A stretch of DNA of 47,048 bases, taken from sequence record DRR723986_4087; one strand, given 5' to 3'. Below the pieces are notes generated by a model. The model searched no databases. It was not told the origin of the DNA and saw only the letters and a program-made list of their open reading frames with translations. Both the position numbers and the translations under genes were made by a program. Positions 1 through 10,461 of this stretch are shown here, in pieces; the first letter of the stretch is position 1, and each line of letters opens with the position of its first letter.

Positions 1-1
1 C

Positions 2-835
2 TGCTGCACCGTGGCCGACGATTTCATCCCCACCATCGAGGCTCTGATGGCGCTGGACCCACGCCCCGAGCACATCCTAATCGAAACCTCAGGCCTCGCG
101 CTGCCTAAGCCGTTGCTCAAGGCGTTTGACTGGCCCGATATCCGCTCCAAGATCACCGTAGATGGCGTGATTGCACTGGCAGATGCCGAAGCTGTGGCCG
201 CAGGCCGCTTTGCCCCCAACGTGGCCGCCGTCGATGCACAGCGTCTTGCAGATGACTCCATCGATCACGAAACCCCCTTGAGCGAAGTGTTCGAAGACCA
301 AATTTCCTGCGCCGACATCATCCTGTTGACCAAACCCGATCTGGCTGGCCCCGAAGGCATCGCCAAAGCCAAAGAAATCATCGCCGCCGAGGCCCCCCGC
401 CCCCTGCCGGTGGTCGAAGTTGCCGAAGGCGTCGTAGACGTGCGCGTTGTGCTGGGTCTAGAAGCCGCCGCCGAAGACGACATGGATGCGCGCCCCAGCC
501 ATCACGACGGTCACCACGACCACGAACACGACGATTTTGAATCCATCGTTGTTGAGCTGCCCGAACTAACCGATCCGCTGGAACTGGTTTCGCGCATCGA
601 ACGTCTGGCGAACGAGCTGAACATTCTGCGCGTCAAAGGCTATGCTGCGGTTGCTGGCAAACCCATGCGCCTGCTGGTTCAGGCCGTTGGCGCCCGTGTC
701 CGTCATCAGTTCGACCGCCCATGGAAGCCCGAGGAAAATCGTCTGGGCCGCGTCGTGGTCATCGCAGAACATAATGACATCCAAGAAGCCAAGATCCGCG
801 ACATCCTCGCCGGTGTCACCGAACCTGCCGAGTAA
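2..835 (+). CDS. cobW: Cobalamin biosynthesis GTPase/metallochaperone CobW (COG0523), 5'-truncated by the window edge
   Basis: Frame from base 2 reads CCTVADDF (end of the GCxCC motif), then IETSGLALP, a His-rich HHDGHHDHEH linker and LRVKG; lies directly upstream of cobN. Confidence 0.95.
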   Translation, partial: CCTVADDFIPTIEALMALDPRPEHILIETSGLALPKPLLKAFDWPDIRSKITVDGVIALADAEAVAAGRFAPNVAAVDAQRLADDSIDHETPLSEVFEDQISCADIILLTKPDLAGPEGIAKAKEIIAAEAPRPLPVVEVAEGVVDVRVVLGLEAAAEDDMDARPSHHDGHHDHEHDDFESIVVELPELTDPLELVSRIERLANELNILRVKGYAAVAGKPMRLLVQAVGARVRHQFDRPWKPEENRLGRVVVIAEHNDIQEAKIRDILAGVTEPAE

Positions 836-849
836 GGGCTGAACCACCA

Positions 850-3800
850 ATGCATGTCGTCTTTCGCGAAAGCCACGGGTTAGAAGAATCCGAAACCCCA
901 ACCGATCTGGGTCAAAGCCCGGCGGATCTGGTGGTGCTGTCTTATTCAGACAGCGACCTTGGCGCTTTTGCGGCAGGCTGGCATCGCGGTGGTGGGCCAG
1001 ATGGGAACATGCCCACCTTGCGGCTGGCCAATCTGACCGCGCTCAAACACCCCCTGTCTGTCGACACTTATGTGGAACAGACGCTAGAGGGGGCCAAAGG
1101 CATCCTGATCCGTCTCATCGGCGGGGTGCCCTATTGGTCTTACGGGTTGCAGCAGGTCCTCAGCCTCGCCCAATCCAAAGGGCTGGCGCTGGCGGTTCTG
1201 CCAGCGGATGGGCGCGAAGACACTCGTCTGGATGACTATTCGACCCTTCCCGTCTCGACCCTGCGACGTCTGGCGCATCTGTGCGACACAGGCGGCGAAG
1301 TCGCGGCACAGGCTGCACTGGCGCAAATGGCGCTTGCGACCGGGTTTTATGCCAAGCCTGTGATGGGGTCTAAATCCTTGCCAGAATCTGGCGCTTGGTG
1401 CCCGGATCGGGGTGTAATTGCCCCCGAAACTGCATTTCAGGGCGACAAACCCCGCGTGTTGGTCAGCTTTTACCGGGCCTATTTAACTGCTGCGGATACC
1501 GCGCCAATTGCCGCCGTCATTCGTGCCTTTCGGGCCCGCGGGTACGACGCGGTTGGCCTGTTTGCTCCCTCCCTCAAAGCACCCAAATCAGCCAAATGGT
1601 TGGCGGAACAAGTTGTTGCCCTGTCCCCTGCGGCGATCGTCAATGCCACAGCATTCTCTGGCAAAGGGGCCAAGGGAACATCTCCGCTAGATGCGGCTGG
1701 CGTCCCTGTATTTCAGGTCGCGCTCGCCACGTCACGCCGCAAAGCCTGGGCCGAAGCGGAACGCGGCCTGTCCCCGGCAGATCTGGCTATGCACGTGGTC
1801 TTACCCGAGGTCGACGGCCGCATCGCTGCTGGTATCGTGTCGTTCAAGGAACCCGGTAAGCGCGACCCCCAGCTGGAATACTCTCGCTTTGCGCACCGCC
1901 CAGAACAGGAACGCATTGAAACGGTTGTGAACCGGGTGTCCGGCTGGATACGGCTTGCCATCAAACCCAAAGCCGATGTCACCCCAGTGCTGGTCCTTTC
2001 GACCTACCCCGGCAAAGACTGGCAGATGGCCCACGCGGTGGGTTTGGATGCCTTGGCATCAGCCGAAGCCGCCCTGACAGACCTGCAAGAAAAAGGGTAC
2101 AAAACCCACCCAGATGGCGCACTCCACGAAGAACTGCAAAATAAGACTATTTCATGGTCCGCAGAAGAATACGGCCAAGCTCTTGCCACATTGCCGCCAC
2201 AGTTACGCCAAAATCTGCACGATGCATGGGGTGTTTTTCGCGACGACCCTGCGTTTTCGCAAGGGGCATTCCACTTCAACGCGACCCTACGTGGCAAAGC
2301 CATCGTGGCACTGCAACCCGAACGCGGCACGCTAAAATTGCGCGAGGATGAATATCACGACCTGTCGCGCACGCCCCGTCATGGATACGTCGCGTTTTAC
2401 CTGTGGCTCCGGCATGCGCAGCACGCAGACGCCCTGATCCACATGGGCGCACATGGCACATTGGAATGGCTGCCGGGTAAATCCGTTGCGCTGTCAAACG
2501 ATTGCTGGCCCGAGGCGCTGATTGGCGACTTGCCCGTTATCTATCCCTTTATCGTCAATGACCCCGGCGAGGCCGCGCAAGCCAAACGCCGCATTGGTGC
2601 CGTGACCTTGGGACATATTCCACCGGCCCTGCGCGAAAGCGGTACACCCGACAAGATGGTGCGGCTCGAAACGCTGCTAGACGAATTCTCAAACGCGGAT
2701 GGTCTGGATCCCAAGCGGCGCGACCGCCTGCAAGCCGACATCCGAAGCGAAGCCCAAGCCATTGGCTTGGAGCAGGATCTGGGATTGGACAGCGCAACGT
2801 CCTTGGCCGAGGCACTGACACGCATCGACCGGTTTGTCTGTGATATCAAGGAAAGCCAGTTCGGCGATGGCCTGCACATTTATGGCCGCGTCCCCGAGGT
2901 TGTTGGCAATTTTGACCCCACCCCGTCGGCCCATGCCGAACGCTCAGGGCTATTGAATGCCCTCGCCGGGAAGCGGATCGAGGCTGGCCCCTCGGGCTCT
3001 CCCTATCGGGGGCGCAGCGACGTGCTGCCAACCGGGCGCAATCTGTTCACCACCGACCCACGATCCGTCCCGACACGTTCCGCCTATACCCAAGGTGTCA
3101 AACTGGCCGAAGAGCTGGTGCGTCGCCACCTGCAGGAAGAGGGCGATTACCCCAAGGGCTTGATTGTTGATCTCTGGGGGTCTGCAACCATGCGCACCGC
3201 TGGCGAAGAATTCGCGATGGCCTTGCATTTGCTGGGGGTCAAACCCGTCTGGGACAAAGGATCAGAACGTGTTTCAGGTATCGAGGTGTTGCCGATCACG
3301 GATCTGGATCGCCCCCGTTTGGATGTAACTCTGCGTGTGTCGGGCCTGTTCCGCGATGTATTCCCGACCTTGTCGGCCCTCTATGGTCGCGCCGTGCGCG
3401 CCCTGTGCGCCCGTGACGAAGCCGCAGATTGGAACCCTTACGCCGGGCAATCCCCTGCCGCGCGCGTCTACGGGCCTGCACCGGGCAGCTATGGCGTGGG
3501 CATGGGGGAACTCAGCGAGACATTCACCGAAGAGGCGCGCGTCGCCGCAGGACAAGCTTGGCTAAACGCCAGTTCCTTTGCCCTCGAAGGCGAGCATATC
3601 GCCCAAGATCTGGATGGTATCACCGATCGTGTCGCCAAAGCCGACAGTTTTGTCCACCTGCAAGACTTGAGTGAAACTGACCTTTTGCTGGCAAACGATT
3701 ATGCCACGCACGAAGCTGGATTTGCCGCCGCCAAGAACGTAACCGGTGGCAAAGCCCAGCTTTATCACTTGGACAATACCAACCCTGACACCCCGCGCGC

Positions 3801-4143
3801 CCGGACTTTGCCAGAAGAAGTCGCACGCGTTGTGCGTGCGCGCGCCGCCAACCCCGCTTGGATCGGTGGCATGCAACGCCATGGGTTCCGAGGGGCTGCC
3901 GAAATCGCCGCAACGTTGGACCACATGGCCTCGTTCGCGCATCTGTCCGGCACTGTCGCGCCGCATTTGTTCGATCTTTACCACGACGCCACCCTTGGCG
4001 ATCCAGAGGTCGAAGAGTTCCTGAAAAACGCCAATCCACAAGCCTTTGAAGCGATGCGGGATAAATTCCGCGCCCTGTACGAGGCCGGTTTGTGGGACAC
4101 ACGTCGCAATTCCCTGCGGGCCGAGATGGAGGGGTTGCTGTGA
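850..4143 (+). CDS. cobN: Cobaltochelatase subunit CobN
   Basis: 1097 aa; HMGAHGTLEWLPGK, NDPGEAAQAKRR, GPSGSPYRGRSDVLPTGRN and LWGSATMRT motifs. Confidence 0.97.
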   Translation: MHVVFRESHGLEESETPTDLGQSPADLVVLSYSDSDLGAFAAGWHRGGGPDGNMPTLRLANLTALKHPLSVDTYVEQTLEGAKGILIRLIGGVPYWSYGLQQVLSLAQSKGLALAVLPADGREDTRLDDYSTLPVSTLRRLAHLCDTGGEVAAQAALAQMALATGFYAKPVMGSKSLPESGAWCPDRGVIAPETAFQGDKPRVLVSFYRAYLTAADTAPIAAVIRAFRARGYDAVGLFAPSLKAPKSAKWLAEQVVALSPAAIVNATAFSGKGAKGTSPLDAAGVPVFQVALATSRRKAWAEAERGLSPADLAMHVVLPEVDGRIAAGIVSFKEPGKRDPQLEYSRFAHRPEQERIETVVNRVSGWIRLAIKPKADVTPVLVLSTYPGKDWQMAHAVGLDALASAEAALTDLQEKGYKTHPDGALHEELQNKTISWSAEEYGQALATLPPQLRQNLHDAWGVFRDDPAFSQGAFHFNATLRGKAIVALQPERGTLKLREDEYHDLSRTPRHGYVAFYLWLRHAQHADALIHMGAHGTLEWLPGKSVALSNDCWPEALIGDLPVIYPFIVNDPGEAAQAKRRIGAVTLGHIPPALRESGTPDKMVRLETLLDEFSNADGLDPKRRDRLQADIRSEAQAIGLEQDLGLDSATSLAEALTRIDRFVCDIKESQFGDGLHIYGRVPEVVGNFDPTPSAHAERSGLLNALAGKRIEAGPSGSPYRGRSDVLPTGRNLFTTDPRSVPTRSAYTQGVKLAEELVRRHLQEEGDYPKGLIVDLWGSATMRTAGEEFAMALHLLGVKPVWDKGSERVSGIEVLPITDLDRPRLDVTLRVSGLFRDVFPTLSALYGRAVRALCARDEAADWNPYAGQSPAARVYGPAPGSYGVGMGELSETFTEEARVAAGQAWLNASSFALEGEHIAQDLDGITDRVAKADSFVHLQDLSETDLLLANDYATHEAGFAAAKNVTGGKAQLYHLDNTNPDTPRARTLPEEVARVVRARAANPAWIGGMQRHGFRGAAEIAATLDHMASFAHLSGTVAPHLFDLYHDATLGDPEVEEFLKNANPQAFEAMRDKFRALYEAGLWDTRRNSLRAEMEGLL

Positions 4144-5267
4144 GCGCGCCTCTGGTTCGTGGCTGGTGCCCCAGCGCGCATAGACCGATGATGTCGGGCG
4201 ATGGATTGGTTGTCCGGGTGCGTCCGCGCCTGGCGCGCCTAACTGCGGATCAGATCCTTGGCCTGTGCACGGTGGCCAAAACATATGGCAACGGAACGAT
4301 TGATCTGACAAACCGCGCCAATCTGCAGGTGCGCGGTATTTCAGAGGACGATCATCAACCGATGTTGGCCGACTTGGCTGCGCTTGATCTGTTGGATCAA
4401 GAACCCGGGATCGAACGCAAACGCAACATTCTGGTCTCGCCACTTTACGACCAAGGGGATTTGACCGTCCAACTGAGTGCGGAATTGACTGATCGGTTGG
4501 CAGAACTGCCCGATATTCCAGCCAAATTTGGGTTTGCGGTGGATACTGGGCCCGCGCCTGTGATGACCGAATATTCAGCAGACATCCGCTTGGAACGCTC
4601 TGATGATGGACTGATCTTGCGGGCTGACGGAACAGACACCGGACGCCTAGTAAGCCAAGCCGAGGCAATCGATAAGCTGATAGAGTTGACCCATTGGTTT
4701 GCCCAAAATCACACCCAAGATGCCCGTCGCATGGTCCCTTTAGTGCGCAACATTACTCTGCCAAACATTTGGCAAGGCACCGCCCCCAATGCCCCCGACG
4801 CCCAGATGTCCCCCGGCATGACGACGCTAGGCCCAGTGTACGGCGCACCCTTTGGGGCATTGCCCGCACAGGCGCTAAGCGACCTCATACAACAAAGCGC
4901 TGCAAGCGCCCTGCGTGTCACCCCTTGGCGGCTTGTGTTGCTAGAAGGCGGCCAACCCGTTGATACAAATGCCTTTGTCTCGGCTCCAAACGATCCGCTA
5001 CTGACAACCGACGCCTGCCCCGGTGCGCCTTTCTGCCCGCAGGCCCAAGTCGCAACCCGCGACATCGCCAGCGCCCTTGCCAGCAAAACCACCGGTAGCC
5101 TGCACGTGTCTGGGTGTGTCAAAGGCTGCGCCCGACAATTGCCCGCTGATGTGACCCTTGTGGGCCATGCGGGACGATTTGACCTTGTAAAACATGGCCG
5201 CGCAGGGGATGAGCCCTGCCAACGTGGCCTAAGTCCCGAAACATTATTGAGCATGGATCTGACCTGA
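4140..5267 (+). CDS. cobG: Precorrin-3B synthase (monooxygenase) CobG
   Basis: GTG start overlaps the cobN stop (GTGA); RGWCP..MMSGDG N-terminus; Fe-S ligands CPGAPFC and HVSGCVKGC. Confidence 0.92.
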   Translation: MSAPLVRGWCPSAHRPMMSGDGLVVRVRPRLARLTADQILGLCTVAKTYGNGTIDLTNRANLQVRGISEDDHQPMLADLAALDLLDQEPGIERKRNILVSPLYDQGDLTVQLSAELTDRLAELPDIPAKFGFAVDTGPAPVMTEYSADIRLERSDDGLILRADGTDTGRLVSQAEAIDKLIELTHWFAQNHTQDARRMVPLVRNITLPNIWQGTAPNAPDAQMSPGMTTLGPVYGAPFGALPAQALSDLIQQSAASALRVTPWRLVLLEGGQPVDTNAFVSAPNDPLLTTDACPGAPFCPQAQVATRDIASALASKTTGSLHVSGCVKGCARQLPADVTLVGHAGRFDLVKHGRAGDEPCQRGLSPETLLSMDLT

Positions 5268-5896
5268 TGCCCTATGAATATGAAACCAACGGCGCAGCTA
5301 TCTATAAGCAGAGCTTTGCGACGATACGGTCCGAGGCAAACCTTGCCCGCTTTGACGCCGACGAAGAGCAAGTTGCCGTTCGCATGATCCACGCGGCGGG
5401 AATGGTCGGTCTCGAAGAATTCGTACACTTTTCCCCCAATTTCGTACAATCCGCGCGGGCGGCGATGGAAAACGGCGCGCCGATCTTTTGCGATGCGCGT
5501 ATGGTGTCCGAAGGCGTGACGCGGTTTCGCCTGCCCGCGGACAACGAAGTGATCTGCACCCTGCATGACGAGCGTGTGCGGCCTTTGGCAGAAAAGATGT
5601 CCAACACGCGGTCCGCCGCGGCTTTGGAATTGTGGCGGGACAAGCTGGAAGGGTCCGTTGTGGCCATCGGCAACGCGCCCACCGCTCTGTTCCACCTGCT
5701 GAACATGCTAGAAGACCCCGACTGTCCGCGCCCCGCCGCGATCATCGGCTGCCCTGTTGGGTTTGTCGGGGCCGTCGAATCCAAAGACGCCCTATGGGAG
5801 GCACAGCCAGTTCCCTCGGTCATCGTTCAGGGACGTTTGGGCGGTTCGGCCATCACCGTTGCTGCGATCAACGCCATCGCGAGCCGTGCGGAATGA
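5267..5896 (+). CDS. cobH: Precorrin-8X methylmutase
   Basis: IYKQSFATIRSEA, NTRSAAA, IGNAPTALF, PVGFVGA and GGSA motifs; TGATG coupling to cobG. Confidence 0.97.
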   Translation: MPYEYETNGAAIYKQSFATIRSEANLARFDADEEQVAVRMIHAAGMVGLEEFVHFSPNFVQSARAAMENGAPIFCDARMVSEGVTRFRLPADNEVICTLHDERVRPLAEKMSNTRSAAALELWRDKLEGSVVAIGNAPTALFHLLNMLEDPDCPRPAAIIGCPVGFVGAVESKDALWEAQPVPSVIVQGRLGGSAITVAAINAIASRAE

Positions 5897-6621
5897 GCAA
5901 CGGAACCATATACGGTCTGGGGCTTGGACCCGGCAATCCGGATTTGATGAGCGTCAAGTCTGACCGCCTGCTGCGCAACGCGCGCCACGTCGCGTATTTT
6001 CGCAAAGCGGGGAAGTCGGGTCAGGCGCGTCGCATTGTCGATGGTATCCTACCCGAGAATGTAATTGAATTTCCGATGGAATACCCGGTTACAACCGAAA
6101 TTCCACTGACAGACCCGCGCTATAACGAAGTGCTCGCCGCGTTTTACGCCGATTGCACCGTGCGATTGAAAGAACTGTCCGATCAGGGCGAGGATGTGGT
6201 TGTTCTGTGCGAAGGTGATCCGTTCTTTTACGGGTCATTCATGCACCTCTACACGCGTCTCAAGGATCACGCCCCCGTCGACGTCGTGCCAGCGATCACG
6301 GGCATGTCCGGTGCATGGACCGCCACTGGCGATCCGATCACATGGGGCGATGATGTTCTGACCGTATTGGTTGGCACGCTCTCCGAAGAAGAGCTGACCC
6401 GGCGCATGTCGGACACCGACGCACTGGTGGTGATGAAGATTGGGCGCAATATTGATAAGGTAAAGCGATCCCTGACAGCTGCTGGTCTGTATGATCGTGC
6501 GTGGATCGTGGAATACGCGCAAATGCCGAACCAGACTGTGACAAAGCTGTCCGAAGCGGCAAACGGTGTAACGCCCTATTTTTCGATCATCATCGTGCAT
6601 GGACAGGGTCGGCGACCATGA
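5893..6621 (+). CDS. cobI: Precorrin-2 C20-methyltransferase
   Basis: ATGA overlap with cobH; GLGPGNPDL, EGDPFFYGS, VMKIG and PYFS motifs. Confidence 0.95.
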   Translation: MSNGTIYGLGLGPGNPDLMSVKSDRLLRNARHVAYFRKAGKSGQARRIVDGILPENVIEFPMEYPVTTEIPLTDPRYNEVLAAFYADCTVRLKELSDQGEDVVVLCEGDPFFYGSFMHLYTRLKDHAPVDVVPAITGMSGAWTATGDPITWGDDVLTVLVGTLSEEELTRRMSDTDALVVMKIGRNIDKVKRSLTAAGLYDRAWIVEYAQMPNQTVTKLSEAANGVTPYFSIIIVHGQGRRP

Positions 6622-7385
6622 GCGGCTGGGTCAAAATCGCGGGCCTTGGCCCAGGAAAAGAGGCATTGGTCACCCCTGAGGTAACCGAGGCCCTGAGCCA
6701 AGCCACCGATATTGTTGGCTATATTCCCTATGTGGCCCGGATTGCCGAACGCCCCGGATTGACGCTGCACGCCAGCGACAACCGAGTTGAAATTGACCGA
6801 TCCCAGCACGCATTGCAAATGGCCAGCGAAGGCAAACGCGTCGTTGTCGTCTCGTCAGGTGATCCCGGTGTTTTTGCAATGGCATCAGCCGTTTTCGAGG
6901 CCGTGGACAATGGCCCCGCTGAATGGCGCGATCTGCAGATTGATGTCTTGCCCGGTATCACCGCCATGCTGGCCGCAGCTGCGCGCGCCGGTGCGCCTTT
7001 GGGGCACGATTTCTGCACCATCAATCTGAGCGATAACCTAAAGCCTTGGGAGGTCATCGAAAAACGTCTGCGTCTTGCGGCGCAGGCCGATTTTGCCATG
7101 GCATTCTACAATCCCCGCGCTAAATCCCGCCCCGGTAAATTTGAACGGGTGCTAGAGATCCTGCGCGAAGAATGTGAGCCAGAGCGGTTGATCCTGTTCG
7201 CCCGCGCCGTGTCCACGGATGAAGAAGCCCTGCGCATTTCACCCCTATCCGAGGCAACGCCAGAGATGGCGGACATGCGCACGATGGTTATTGTCGGCTC
7301 GTCGCTGACCCGGGTGATCGAACGCAAAGGCGATCCGATCCTCTACACCCCTCGGTTCATCGCCAAAGATCAGGCTCAGGAATGA
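6618..7385 (+). CDS. cobJ: Precorrin-3B C17-methyltransferase
   Basis: ATGA overlap with cobI; SSGDPGVFAMA, GAPLGHDF, YNPR and YTPR motifs. Confidence 0.95.
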   Translation: MSGWVKIAGLGPGKEALVTPEVTEALSQATDIVGYIPYVARIAERPGLTLHASDNRVEIDRSQHALQMASEGKRVVVVSSGDPGVFAMASAVFEAVDNGPAEWRDLQIDVLPGITAMLAAAARAGAPLGHDFCTINLSDNLKPWEVIEKRLRLAAQADFAMAFYNPRAKSRPGKFERVLEILREECEPERLILFARAVSTDEEALRISPLSEATPEMADMRTMVIVGSSLTRVIERKGDPILYTPRFIAKDQAQE

Positions 7386-8107
7386 GTCAGCCAGTCCAAG
7401 ACTTGCGCGGTGGTTGCCAGCTCGGTCCTTTGCGGGACAACGGGTCGGTCAATCATCAGCACGGGCAGCCCAAGATGGCGCGCGGCGTCCAGCTTGGCGC
7501 GTGCACCTATGCCACCCGCATTCTTGGACACAACCAGTTCGGTTTTATGCGCCTGCATCAGGGCGACATCATCGTCCAGCGTGAACGGGCCGCGCGCGAC
7601 AACAACCTGCGCCTTGGGCATCGGGACACTGTCGGGTTCATCCACCAGACGCAGCAGATAGTCATGCTGGGGCTGCGCGGCAAACTCTTGCAAATGCATG
7701 CGGCCAACAGCAAGGAACACCCGCTGGGACGCGCCCTGCAACGCCGTAACCGCAGCCGAAATATCCGCCACATGATGCCAAGTGTCTCCGGCACGACTTT
7801 GCCATGCGGGACGGGTCAACGCAGCGAGCGCAATTCCCGTCTGGGCACAAGCTTTGGCCGCGTTCCGGCTCATTTGCGCGGCAAAGGGATGGGTCGCGTC
7901 AACGACATGGGTCACCGCGTTTTCAGTGATGTAGTGTGCCAGCCCATCGGCCCCGCCAAACCCGCCAACCCGCGTTGGCAGGGGTTGGGGGCGCGGATTT
8001 TCCACCCGACCCGCGTAGGAATATGTGGCATTCACCCCCTGTTCGCACACAGCTTTGGCCAAGGCGTTGGCCTCGGTGGTGCCGCCAAGAATCAGGAGAT
8101 GGGACAT
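7376..8107 (-). CDS. cobK: Precorrin-6A (6X) reductase
   Basis: LILGGTTEA, GGFGG, VDATHPFA, RGPF and SKNAGG motifs; GGAG SD 8 nt upstream, inside cobL. Confidence 0.95.
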   Translation of the reverse strand: MSHLLILGGTTEANALAKAVCEQGVNATYSYAGRVENPRPQPLPTRVGGFGGADGLAHYITENAVTHVVDATHPFAAQMSRNAAKACAQTGIALAALTRPAWQSRAGDTWHHVADISAAVTALQGASQRVFLAVGRMHLQEFAAQPQHDYLLRLVDEPDSVPMPKAQVVVARGPFTLDDDVALMQAHKTELVVSKNAGGIGARAKLDAARHLGLPVLMIDRPVVPQRTELATTAQVLDWLTHS

Positions 8108-9305
8108 GGGTAACGCTCCGTGGCTGACCGTAATTGGGTTGGGCGAAGATGGACTGGATGGCCTGTCCCCCGCAAGCCGTCAAGTGCTGGACGACGCAGA
8201 GGTCATCATGGCCCCGCCCCGGCATCTGTCTCTGGTTCCGCAAGGGACACAGGATCGGATTGAATGGCCTGTTCCCTATGTGGACGGGTTCGCCCGGCTG
8301 CTGGATCTGCGGGGAAAAAAAACCGTTGTTTTGGCGTCAGGCGATCCGTTTTGGTTTGGCGCGGGGTCTGTGATTGCGCGCAATCTGGCGCCCGAGGAAT
8401 GGACCGCCCTGCCTGGTCCATCGACCTTTTCGTTGGCGGCGGCTCGTCTGGCTTGGCCGTTGGAACAAACGCTGACGATGGGATTGCACGCCGCCCCCTT
8501 AGCGCGTTTGCGGCCCCATCTTGCGCGCAGTGTTCGGGCGATTGTATTGCTGCGGGATGGCACTGCGGTGCTTGATCTGGCGGAATGGCTGACGGCGTTG
8601 GGGTTTGGCGACACCACGCTGCACGTGATGGAGGCCCTCGGTGGGCCACGTGAACGTGTGCGGCAGGGGACAGCGCAAGCCCTTGGGTTTGATGACATCG
8701 CCCATCCTGTGTGCGTCGGATTGAACATCGCTGGGGACGGGGCAAGCATCCCCAAAGCCAGCGGCATACCGGACACTTTGTTTGAAACGGACGGGCAGAT
8801 CACCAAACGGCCCATCCGCGCGCTGACCCTGTCGGCCTTGGCCCCGCAGCAAGGCGAGCATTTGTGGGATATCGGTGGCGGCACCGGGTCTATCGGCATC
8901 GAATGGCTGATGAGCCATCCCAGTGTGACGGCCACCACTATCGAGCCTCGTGCGGATCGCGCCGAACGCATTCGGCGAAATGCCGATGCGTTTGGGCAGG
9001 ATCGTTTGGAAATCGTGCACGGCCTGGCCCCGGATGCGTTGGTTGGGCTCACGGCCCCGGATGTTGTTTTCATCGGCGGCGGGTTCAGCGAAACCTTGAT
9101 GTGTTGGCTGCACGAAACGCTGCCTGCGGGAACGCGATTGGTCGCCAATGCTGTCACTTTGGAAAGTGAGGCGGCGCTGGCTGTGTGGCACGGTAAACTT
9201 GGCGGGGACTTGTTGCGGATCGAACTGGCGCACTCTGCACCCTTGGGTCCACGGCGCGGCTGGAAATCCGCCTATCCGGTGGTGCAGTGGAGCGTGACGC
9301 TATGA
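8106..9305 (+). CDS. cobL: Precorrin-6B C5,15-methyltransferase (decarboxylating), CbiE/CbiT two-domain protein
   Basis: ASGDPFWFG, GQITK, WDIGGGTGS, FIGGG and NAVTLE motifs; AGGAG SD at 8094-8098. Confidence 0.95.
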   Translation: MGNAPWLTVIGLGEDGLDGLSPASRQVLDDAEVIMAPPRHLSLVPQGTQDRIEWPVPYVDGFARLLDLRGKKTVVLASGDPFWFGAGSVIARNLAPEEWTALPGPSTFSLAAARLAWPLEQTLTMGLHAAPLARLRPHLARSVRAIVLLRDGTAVLDLAEWLTALGFGDTTLHVMEALGGPRERVRQGTAQALGFDDIAHPVCVGLNIAGDGASIPKASGIPDTLFETDGQITKRPIRALTLSALAPQQGEHLWDIGGGTGSIGIEWLMSHPSVTATTIEPRADRAERIRRNADAFGQDRLEIVHGLAPDALVGLTAPDVVFIGGGFSETLMCWLHETLPAGTRLVANAVTLESEAALAVWHGKLGGDLLRIELAHSAPLGPRRGWKSAYPVVQWSVTL

Positions 9306-9670
9306 TTGTTGCGGGCCTAGGGTTTTCCTCAACCGCCAGCGCTGACAGCCTGCGAGCGGCCTATGATCTGGCCAGCGCGAACCATGTCGTAACCGATTTA
9401 GCGACTGTTGCAGACAAAGACGGGCATCCTGCCCTATCCGATTTTGCACGCTCCCTGAACCTGCCACTCCATCTTATTGCTGCTGACGACCTTTCAGGGC
9501 AGCGCACCCTCACCTGCTCTCCGCTTAGCCGTGCCGCATATGGCACCGGCAGCGTCGCCGAAGCTGCGGCCCTTGCGGCCGCGGGATCTGGCGCGCGGCT
9601 GCTTTCCCCCAGACACATCTCGACCGACCGCCTTGCCACTTGTGCGGTCGCAATTGGAGCCCCTTCATGA
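9302..9670 (+). CDS. cobE: CobE / CbiG C-terminal-like protein
   Basis: ATGA overlap with cobL; MIVAGLG start, GSVAEAAAL motif, ATCAVA near the end. Confidence 0.85.
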   Translation: MIVAGLGFSSTASADSLRAAYDLASANHVVTDLATVADKDGHPALSDFARSLNLPLHLIAADDLSGQRTLTCSPLSRAAYGTGSVAEAAALAAAGSGARLLSPRHISTDRLATCAVAIGAPS

Positions 9671-10461
9671 CTGTTCATTTCATTGGTGCCGGACCCGGTG
9701 CCGCCGATCTTTTGACCCTGCGTGGGCGTGATATCATCGCGGCGTGTCCCGTGTGTTTGTATGCTGGATCTTTGGTTCCTGATGAAATCCTGAGCCATTG
9801 CCCCGATGATGCGAAAATCATCAACACAGCAGCTATGGATTTGGACGCAATCGTGGCCGAGATCAAAGCCGCTGATGCCGCTGGCCAAGACATTGCGCGC
9901 CTGCATTCCGGCGATCTGTCGGTCTGGTCTGCGATGGGCGAACAGATCCGTCGGCTCAAAGCTGAAGGCATTGCGGTCAGCGTCACACCCGGCGTGCCCT
10001 CCTTCGCTGCCGCCGCAGCCGCATTGGGCACCGAGTTGACCCTGCCCGGTTTGGCGCAATCCGTCGTCCTGACACGTACCCCGGGGCGCGCGTCATCTAT
10101 GCCCGAGGGCGAAACCCTGACCAACTTTGCGGCAACGGGCGCAACACTGGCGATCCACCTGTCGATTGGCAATCTGGACACAGTGATTGCAGATTTGACC
10201 CCTGCGTATGGCGCGGACTGCCCGGTAGCCGTGGTCTATCGTGCCAGCTGGCCAGATGAACAGATCATCCGGGCCACATTGGAGACATTGAAAGACTCAC
10301 TTGACGAAAGTATCTCGCGCACCGCGCTGATCCTTGTTGGTCCTGCCTTGGCAGGCGAAGGGTTCACCGAGAGCTGTTTATATTCAAAAGATTATGACCG
10401 TCGGTATCGCCCGCAAAGCGCCGAGAGCCCTTGGTCGAGCTGGAGCCATGGCGATGACTAA
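9667..10461 (+). CDS. cobM: Precorrin-4 C11-methyltransferase
   Basis: [27 protein letters not shown] and RASWPDE motifs. Confidence 0.96.
   Translation: MTVHFIGAGPGAADLLTLRGRDIIAACPVCLYAGSLVPDEILSHCPDDAKIINTAAMDLDAIVAEIKAADAAGQDIARLHSGDLSVWSAMGEQIRRLKAEGIAVSVTPGVPSFAAAAAALGTELTLPGLAQSVVLTRTPGRASSMPEGETLTNFAATGATLAIHLSIGNLDTVIADLTPAYGADCPVAVVYRASWPDEQIIRATLETLKDSLDESISRTALILVGPALAGEGFTESCLYSKDYDRRYRPQSAESPWSSWSHGDD

Noticed and set aside
3562-5695. Long minus-strand ORFs (368 aa and 328 aa) over cobN/cobG/cobH
   Set aside because: Shadow ORFs of well-supported genes; no recognisable motifs and no boundary coupling, unlike the ORF across cobK.
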